Source of the DNA: Eledone cirrhosa
Taxonomy: Eukaryota
Direction: 5' to 3'
DNA length: 64,000 bases
Assembly (NCBI GenBank): GCA_964016885.1
Contig: OZ024755.1
Coordinates: 27,218,001 to 27,282,000 of the forward strand
Below the pieces are notes generated by a model. It was not told the origin of the DNA. It made no database searches and saw only the letters and a list, made by a program, of their open reading frames with translations. Positions within the stretch are counted from its first letter, which is position 1; each line of letters begins with the position of its first letter. The translations under genes and the position numbers were made by a program. Of this stretch, positions 56,742-64,000 are shown piece after piece.

Positions 56742-59700
56742 CTGCTGCTACTACCTGCCTAACTAACTCTCTCCTCCTCTGGCGCATCCCAACACACCCT
56801 GCCATTACCCCACCACCACTGTTCTTCTAGCCCTCAATTTTCCCACCGTTATGGATGGATGAGCTGGGAATACATGAGCAACTCTGAATCAATAGATGAA
56901 ATATGAATCTGCGAGCTACCAAGCACCCACGTGAAGCGCCAACCCAGAGACCCTCCCCTACGAGTGTCGACAAATGCCCAAAACTCCGAGTTGGTACCAT
57001 CAATGTAGGCTCAATGAAAGGAAGAGCAGGAGAAATCGTAGAAATGCTAGAGCGAAAGGAAGTTGATGTATGCTGTGTGCAAGAGACTAGATGGAGAGGA
57101 GGGTCTGCTAGAGTCCTTGTAGGAAAAAGCCAGTGCTACAAATTTTTCTGGGTGGGAAATGACGATGGGATGGGTGGTGTAGGTATACTATTAGCTGACA
57201 AGTGGGTAGATAAAGTAATCTCAGTGTACAGGGTAAATGCAAGAATCATTAAACTCAGACTAGTCCTGAATAAGACAATTACCACAATAATATCAGCTTA
57301 CGCACCCCAATCGGGGCTGCCAGACGAACTTAAGGATAGGTTTTACGAGTCCCTAATACACACTACTGCTCTAACAGACGACAAGGACTTCCTAATCATT
57401 GCAGGAGATTTTAACGGACACGTAGGTAAACACTGCGACGGCTTCAATAGAGTACATGGAGGCCATGGAGTTGGCACAAGGAATGAGGAAGGATTCAGAC
57501 TTCTAGAATTCTGCGACGCCAATGACATGTCGATATGTAACACAAACTTTAAAAAACCCGACAACCACCTGATCACCTATAGATCAGGGGAGCACTCTAG
57601 TCAGTTAGATTTTATCCTCATCAGAGGACGTGACAGATGGACGGTCGTAAACACAAAAGCCTTCCCTAGTGAGGAATGTACATCCCAACATAGCTTAGTT
57701 GTCAGCGACCTCACGGTCAGAACTAGACAAGCCCTGAAACAGAGACCAACCTGGAGAAGAAAGATCTGGAAGCTGAAAGTCCCCTCAACCAGTAACAGAT
57801 TTAAAGATATTTTACTCAACGCCTACGACAGTAAAGAAGAACAGATAGAGACATTTAACGTAGAAGAGAACTGGGAGTTCCTAAAAAATAACTTACTAGA
57901 GGCGACGGATGAGGTTTGTGGCTGGAGTAAGACCTCAAGCAGGAGGAGAGTGACTTGGTGGTGGAACAATAAGGTAGATGAAGCAGTCAAGGCCAAGAGA
58001 CAGGCATGGAAAGAATGGAAGAACGGGGGGAGCAGGGTACATTACATAGAGACCAAGAGGGAAGCTAGGCGACAAGTATACTTAGCTAGGAGGGAAGCAG
58101 AGGATAGAAAATTCAAGCATGTTTTACGTGAGGACCAGAAACAGGAGGTATTCAAGATTGCGAGGCAGTGTGTCAGAGATAGTTGTGATGTCATTGGAGA
58201 GAAGTGTATCCGGAATGATAAAGGTGAGCTTGCCCTCACAAGTGCTGAGAAGAAAGATGCATGGAAGAGTCATTATGATAGATTACTAAATGAGGAGAAT
58301 GCATGGGAAGAAGAGACCCTACCCCACGTAGACCCTATAGAGGGACCAGCAGTACAAGTCAGCGGCAGCGTAGTAAGTAAGGCAATCAGAGATATGAAGA
58401 TAGGGAAGGCAACCGGTCCATCGGGTATAGCTGCCGAGATGCTGAAGGCATCTGGGTCTGTAGGTCACACTATAACCACACGTATCGTTAACCAGGTAAT
58501 ACTAGAGGGGGCCATACCAAAAGATTGGTGCAGTAGCATCATTGTCAACTGCTACAAAGGTAAAGGCGATGCACTAGATAGAGGAAACTATAGAGGTATA
58601 AAGTTGATGGACCAGGTCATGAAAGTAACAGAAAGAGTTATAGCACAGCTGATTAGGGACCGGGTGAATATAGACGAGATGCAATTTGGGTTTGTACCAG
58701 GGAAAGGCACCACTGATGCCCTCTTCCTTGTGAGGCAATTACAGGAAAAGTACCTAGCTAAAAGTAAGCCACTCTACTTGGCATTTGTCGACCTTGAGAA
58801 AGCCTTTGACAGAGTTCCACGTGCAGTAATCTGGTGGGCTCTTAGAAAACTAGGAGTAGATGAATGGCTTGTGAAAGCGGTACAAGCCATGTATAGGGGA
58901 GCAGTCAGCAAAGTTAGGATTGGCAATGAGTATAGCGAGGAATTTAGCGTACAGGTTGGGGTCCACCAGGGCTCTGTTCTTAGCCCGCTCCTGTTCATCA
59001 TAGTCCTGCAGGCAATAACGGAGGAGTTTAAGACCGGATGCCCATGGGAACTCCTGTATGCTGATGACCTCGCACTCATAGCTGAATCTATGGTAGAACT
59101 AGAGAATAAATTCCAAACCTGGAAGCAGGGACTAGAGAGAAAGGGCCTCAAAGTCAACATGACAAAGACTAAGGTCCTTATAAGTAGACGAGAAAACAGA
59201 ACCCAGATCCCCTCAGGGAAATGGCCTTGCTCAGTATGTAGGAAAGGTGTAGGTAGGAACTCCATTCTCTGCCCCAAATGCAAACAATGGGTACACAAGA
59301 GATGTAGCGGGATCTCAGGAAGCTTAATTAAGAATGTAGGATTCACATGCAGCAGCTGTGCTGAAACAGCAAGCAAACAGCCACAGGAAACAAGTACCAC
59401 CAATCTCTGGGAGGGCCCTGTAGAAACAGTAGACAGCTTCTGCTACCTAGGTGACCGAATTAGCAACGGAGGTGGGTGCTCAGAAAGTACAATAACTAGG
59501 GTAAGAACGGGATGGAAGAAGTTTAGGGAACTACTACCACTGCTAGCTGCAAAAGGCTTCTCCCTCAGAATGAAAGGCAGACTGTATGATGCGTGTATCC
59601 GAACAGCGATGTTGCATGGTAGTGAGACCTGGGCGCTGAAGGTGGAAGACTTACGTAGATTAGAGAGAAACGAAGCCTGCATGCTCCGATGGATGTGTAA

Positions 59701-60316
59701 CAGTAATATACGTGAACGACAAAGCATAAAGGAATTGAGAGAGAGACTGAGCATAAGAGGAATCAAATGCTGCGTGCAGGAGAGGCGGTTACGCTGGTAT
59801 GGACATGCGATGCGTATGAAGGATGACAGCTGCATAAAAAGGTGCAGAGCACTAGAAGTTGATGGAAACCGCGGAGTGGGGAGACCCAAGATGACTTGGG
59901 ATGAGGTGATAAAAGCCGAACTTACCCAACTACACCTCTCAAAGTCAATGACACACGACCGTGACTTCTGGCGTCACGCAGTAATACAGGGTACCCGACC
60001 TCCCATGGGTACATGCTGAAGCATATAAACAATATGCCCCCCCCCCCCCCCCCCCCCCCCCCCCACCGCAAGGTGGTCGTGGAGGTGCCACGGCAAAAAA
60101 GCACCCAGCCCACACTGTAAAGTGGACGTGTAGGCGCCACGAAAAAGCACCCAGCATTCACTGTAAATGAGGTTGGTGTTAGGAAGGGCATCCAGCTGTA
60201 GAAATCAACCCAGATCAGTTCCTGTATGAGCAAGGCATGGTCAGCCGACCAGACACTGCCCACAACAGGACAACCCGTCTAACCCATGCTAGCGTGGAAG
60301 AACGGACGTAAAACGG

Positions 60317-60350
<34 letters not shown>
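56742..60350 (+). mobile_element. Apparently full-length RTE-clade LINE
   Basis: Single long ORF, ~330-bp 3'UTR, (GAT)n tail; 5' boundary is approximate. Confidence 0.92.
56903..60019 (+). CDS. RTE LINE polyprotein: AP-endonuclease, reverse transcriptase and C4HC3 finger (1038 aa)
   Basis: GTINVG, VQETRW, AYAPQ, AGDFNGHVG, LDFI (APE); QFGF, FVDLEKAFD, GVHQGSVLSP, YADD, FCYLG (RT); no internal stops. Confidence 0.95.
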   Translation: MNLRATKHPREAPTQRPSPTSVDKCPKLRVGTINVGSMKGRAGEIVEMLERKEVDVCCVQETRWRGGSARVLVGKSQCYKFFWVGNDDGMGGVGILLADKWVDKVISVYRVNARIIKLRLVLNKTITTIISAYAPQSGLPDELKDRFYESLIHTTALTDDKDFLIIAGDFNGHVGKHCDGFNRVHGGHGVGTRNEEGFRLLEFCDANDMSICNTNFKKPDNHLITYRSGEHSSQLDFILIRGRDRWTVVNTKAFPSEECTSQHSLVVSDLTVRTRQALKQRPTWRRKIWKLKVPSTSNRFKDILLNAYDSKEEQIETFNVEENWEFLKNNLLEATDEVCGWSKTSSRRRVTWWWNNKVDEAVKAKRQAWKEWKNGGSRVHYIETKREARRQVYLARREAEDRKFKHVLREDQKQEVFKIARQCVRDSCDVIGEKCIRNDKGELALTSAEKKDAWKSHYDRLLNEENAWEEETLPHVDPIEGPAVQVSGSVVSKAIRDMKIGKATGPSGIAAEMLKASGSVGHTITTRIVNQVILEGAIPKDWCSSIIVNCYKGKGDALDRGNYRGIKLMDQVMKVTERVIAQLIRDRVNIDEMQFGFVPGKGTTDALFLVRQLQEKYLAKSKPLYLAFVDLEKAFDRVPRAVIWWALRKLGVDEWLVKAVQAMYRGAVSKVRIGNEYSEEFSVQVGVHQGSVLSPLLFIIVLQAITEEFKTGCPWELLYADDLALIAESMVELENKFQTWKQGLERKGLKVNMTKTKVLISRRENRTQIPSGKWPCSVCRKGVGRNSILCPKCKQWVHKRCSGISGSLIKNVGFTCSSCAETASKQPQETSTTNLWEGPVETVDSFCYLGDRISNGGGCSESTITRVRTGWKKFRELLPLLAAKGFSLRMKGRLYDACIRTAMLHGSETWALKVEDLRRLERNEACMLRWMCNSNIRERQSIKELRERLSIRGIKCCVQERRLRWYGHAMRMKDDSCIKRCRALEVDGNRGVGRPKMTWDEVIKAELTQLHLSKSMTHDRDFWRHAVIQGTRPPMGTC

Positions 60351-60351
<1 letters not shown>

Positions 60352-60734
60352 TGTGTAGATAGAAGCTTGAGTTATATTTCTTAGAATGTATGTATATAGT
60401 GTAGAGATGGCTTAGTTTAGTTTCTTAGAAGATGTAACTCTGAGTATATATAGAGAGAGAAAGAAATTTAGTAGATATATGCCGAACAATTAATAGACAT
60501 GTTTTTGTAAATTAAAAAATTAGCATATAGTTTGTTCTAAGTTCATCATCAGGTTTCCTTGTTAAGTGGCTCAGAGTACAAGACTCTCCCTTGATAGGAT
60601 GCCAATCTATCCAGGATTAACACCCTAACTACTGTTGGCTGCTAACAACACAGAAAGAAGTATACAGCAGATTTCTTCCAGAGAAAGCTTTTAACAAAGT
60701 CCCCTGTTCCATTATCTGGAGTAAGAGAGACAGG

Positions 60735-61030
60735 CGAGGTTTAACTGGCCGTAGGAGATCCTACGAGAAGTTTATGATCTTAAACTGCTTATTTCGCCAT
60801 CTGACCTGGCATTGACCAAGGTTTAGTTAGCTGTAGATGACCAGGGTTTAGCTGGTCCAAGAAAAGCCTACAAGCAAACCACGCCCTAAAGCCGTTCCTT
60901 TCATCCTCTAACCTGGCATTGACCAGGATTTAGTTGGCCGTAAGGAAGTATACACCCTAAAACTGCTTCTTTCACCTCTAATCTTACAATGATCATGGTT
61001 TAGCTGGACGTAGGAACATTTATCAGAAGT
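60735..61030. repeat. Diverged tandem repeats, related to 56150-56330
   Basis: Recurrent GACCAGGGTTTAGCTGGCCGTAG-like units. Confidence 0.55.
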
Positions 61031-61526
61031 ATGATATATACATGTTGTAATGTGTGACTATATAAATGAGTGAAGAGTAACGTGGATCGGCTGTACAGTA
61101 GGGCTTATTCAAATGTCAGAAATAATTATTTAATTATTAATATTAACCAGAATCTTTTGAAATCTGTCGTCTTTGGTCAGAGTGAATATTACTCCCCTCT
61201 CGTATTGAACGAATTTTTTTTTCTAGATATCATCATCGTAATCAAAGATTAATTGTTGATCAGTGTTAACTATCTTTAGATACTTCATCTAAATTCTTAG
61301 TTTCTTTCTATAGATACTTGATTTACATTTTAGTTTTATGCACTTCATTTACATTCTTAGTTTCTTTTTTCGTCATTTATATTGTTGTTTCATATTTATT
61401 CTTAGTTTCTTTCTTAAACTCACTTACATTCTTTGTTCCTTTCCTTAGAAACTTCATATACCTTCTTAGTTTCTTTAGGCACTTTATATACATTCTTTAT
61501 TTATTTATATATGTATGATTATATAA

Positions 61527-61805
61527 GTTAACGAGATATCGTTTAAGGTAATCCAAGTAAAGGTTATGAGTATTCTGTATCGAGGATAGCTTTAACGTTC
61601 GGCGTTGTTTGACTCAACAGGAAGTTTCCTTCGTCGGGTGGCCGATTCAAGACAGTTCTTAGGTAAGCGGTTCTTGGAGTAATAATAGAAAATGAGTGAA
61701 GAGTAATGTGGATCGGCTGTACAGTAGGGTTTATTCAAAGTATTAACAATTGTTTCATTAATCCGGTGTGTCTAAAAATCGCTGTTCGTAAGATTCTACG
61801 AACAG
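61527..61805 (-). mobile_element. Second remnant of the Penelope-like family seen at 38.9-39.9 kb
   Basis: 61690-61775 matches the pLTR unit; 61527-61580 is the reverse complement of 39470-39507. Confidence 0.6.
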
Positions 61806-62014
61806 CAAGGGGTGTAATATTCACCTTGACCTGGCATACTCACTTAGATCTGTTAGACCTGGCATACTGACTTTCACTCTACAATATTGCTTGATTCTCA
61901 TATGCTGATTTTACTCCCATTAGAGATAGTTGTAAATAATTCTCTCTTAACGCATGACCGACCTGGCTTCCACAGGTCAGAATGTCATCTTACTCCTTCC
62001 CCTTTGTTCTACAG

Positions 62015-63215
62015 ACCAGTTCTTTTAGCCTCTCCCAGTAGCTCATCTCTATCATGGCTACTGGGCTCTTAGTGTAGCTTCGTTGGATTGCCTCAAACTC
62101 CGTGGTTAGTTTGATACTATGGGTGACCACAGCTGGGAGCAATAGTCCAGGTGGCTTAGGACAAATGTCCTCCATAGTATCAACATGGTCTCTTGTCCGG
62201 AAAGTCCTCAAGATCCAGCCAGCGAGTCGTCTGCACATTGTCGCTACCCTCATGATGTGTGAAGAAAAAGATGCATCGTCGCTCATGTCTATCCCCAGGT
62301 CTCGTATCGATTTCAACACGGGGATTTCGATCCCTCCTGGTCCGGTGTAGCTGGGTTGTATTGTTTCCTTTGAGAGGGCCCCATTTGCTGCAACTGTCTG
62401 GCTTCTGTCTTTTAAGAAATCATGCAGCCACTCACCTACTTTTCCAGTTATGCCGAGTCTGTGTAGTCTGTGACATATCATTCTGTGGTCATCCTTGTCA
62501 AAGGCCTTTGCAAAGTCAAGATATATCACATCCACATGTGAGCTATTCAGCAGTTGTTTCAGTACTCTGTCATAGTGATCTAACAGCTGTGTAAGGCAGC
62601 TTCTTCCTGGGCGAAAGCCATGCTGCGTGCTAGTTGGGCGGTCATTTTCCTTGAGGAATGTGATCAGTTCCTTTCTAATGATTCATTCCATGACCTTACT
62701 GATATGTGACATAAGGGATACTGGCCTATAATTTTTGGCCTCCACTCTGCTTCCTCCTTTATGGATAGAGCATATTGTGCCTTCTTTTAGCTCTCAGGTA
62801 GTTTACCGCTAGCCAAAGAACTTCTGAAGAGGATCTTCAGTGGTCTTGCTAAGGTACACTTACATGCTTTTAGGACTGCTGGGAATCCAGCAGCTGAGTT
62901 TGTTCTAATTTCGTCTATGGCAGATATCACATATTCCTCCATTATGTCTATGTGGTTGATGGTCGCCATTTCTTTGTGGAGTGTTGTGGCATCAAAGAAC
63001 TCTTCTGGCTTTATTATTTGCATGTGCCTCAATGGGGGTGTGAACACACTTTTATACTGTTCATTCAACATTTCACTTATCTCTTGGGATCCTCAATTAA
63101 TGAACCATCTTTATGGAAGAGTGGCCCAATCTTGCAGTGTACCGAGGCAGTTTGTTTTGCAAATTTAAAGGCCTTAGGGTTTGTTTTAATATTTTCTATG
63201 GCCCTGGCTTCTTAC
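62015..63215 (-). mobile_element. Degenerate CR1-like LINE with internal deletions
   Basis: [32 protein letters not shown]; same family as 41198-42212. Confidence 0.88.
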
Positions 63216-63348
63216 GATTTAATTATTCTTCATCCAAACCCACATTGCCAAATTCTTTTTATATATACATATATTTTTAAATAGCTCTGTACTATACATA
63301 GAGCACTCTTCTTTCTTTACCTTTTCTATGGAAATACTTAACATATAT

Positions 63349-63693
63349 GGAGGCACATGGCTTAGTGGTTAGAGCCTTGGCCTTGCAATCGAAAGGTTGT
63401 GAGTTCAATTCTCAGACCGGGCGATGTGTTGTTTCCTTGAGCAAGACACTTTATTTTACATTGCTCCAGTTTACTCAGCTGTAGAAATGAGATGATAGGG
63501 ACTAGGGTCCCTATCATTCCACTGTAAAGTGGACGTGTAGGTGCCACGGCAAAAAAGCACCCAGCACTCACTGTAAATGAGGTTGGTGTTGGGAAGGGCA
63601 TCCAGCTGTAGAAATCAAGCCAGAATCAGTTCCCGTCCCACCCTTGCAAGCAGGGAAAAAGCGGACGTAAAATGAAATGATGATGATGATGAT
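63349..63693 (+). mobile_element. SINE family B with RTE-derived 3' tail
   Basis: A/B boxes; tail matches 60110-60222; (GAT)n. Confidence 0.88.
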
Positions 63694-64000
63694 ATATATA
63701 TATATACGGAGGTACTGAGTGTGGAGAGATATCTGATGCCCTTCCTAATGATACAGTCACCATGATGGGAATTAAATGTAGTGGGGGGTTAAGAGATTGG
63801 GTTGGAGATTGATTAATAGGTGATGGTTTTGTAGTAGTTATAGTATTAGTAGCAGTAGTAGTGGTGGTGGTGGTAGGGTGGTTGTGAGAGAGATAATAGT
63901 TGATAATGCAATGGTAGTAGGAGAGTGGAGATAAGAAAGATAATGATAATGTATATGATGATGACGGGAAATGTGATAACGGTAGTAAAAGTGCAGGTGA

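Noticed and set aside
58774-59889. Antisense ORFs of 209 and 148 aa over the RTE
   Set aside because: Shadow ORFs of the coding strand with no independent motifs.
63349-63425. tRNA-like sequences with A and B boxes (also at 5015, 14714 and 34287)
   Set aside because: They continue into SINE bodies and tails, and no complete cloverleaf was evident.

Overview
AT-rich, repeat-dense eukaryotic genomic DNA. The SINE/RTE repertoire, long (TA)n arrays and gene content suggest an octopod cephalopod (inference). Positions 906-29886 (+) hold the 3' 21 coding exons of a WDFY3/ALFY (blue cheese) orthologue. They splice by hand into one GT-AG, phase-consistent frame of 3477 nt (1158 aa + stop) covering PH-BEACH, WD40, a large Ser/acidic insert with a LIR-like motif, and FYVE. 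The rest is mobile DNA: an apparently intact RTE-clade LINE (1038 aa, APE-RT with an embedded C4HC3 PHD-like finger) and many fragments of it; CR1-, CRE- and Penelope-like remnants; tRNA-derived SINEs; piggyBac-, hAT- and Tc1-type MITEs; minisatellites; a ~6 kb (TA)n-rich block; and a 200-N gap. The most notable signal is a dispersed set of type I hammerhead-ribozyme-like motifs from about four sequence families. They have palindromic helix III and often a long rod-like helix II, lie near (TA)n tracts, sometimes as fold-back pairs, and one family is attached to a Penelope-like RT remnant. All calls come from reading the sequence by eye; no database searches or folding programs were run.
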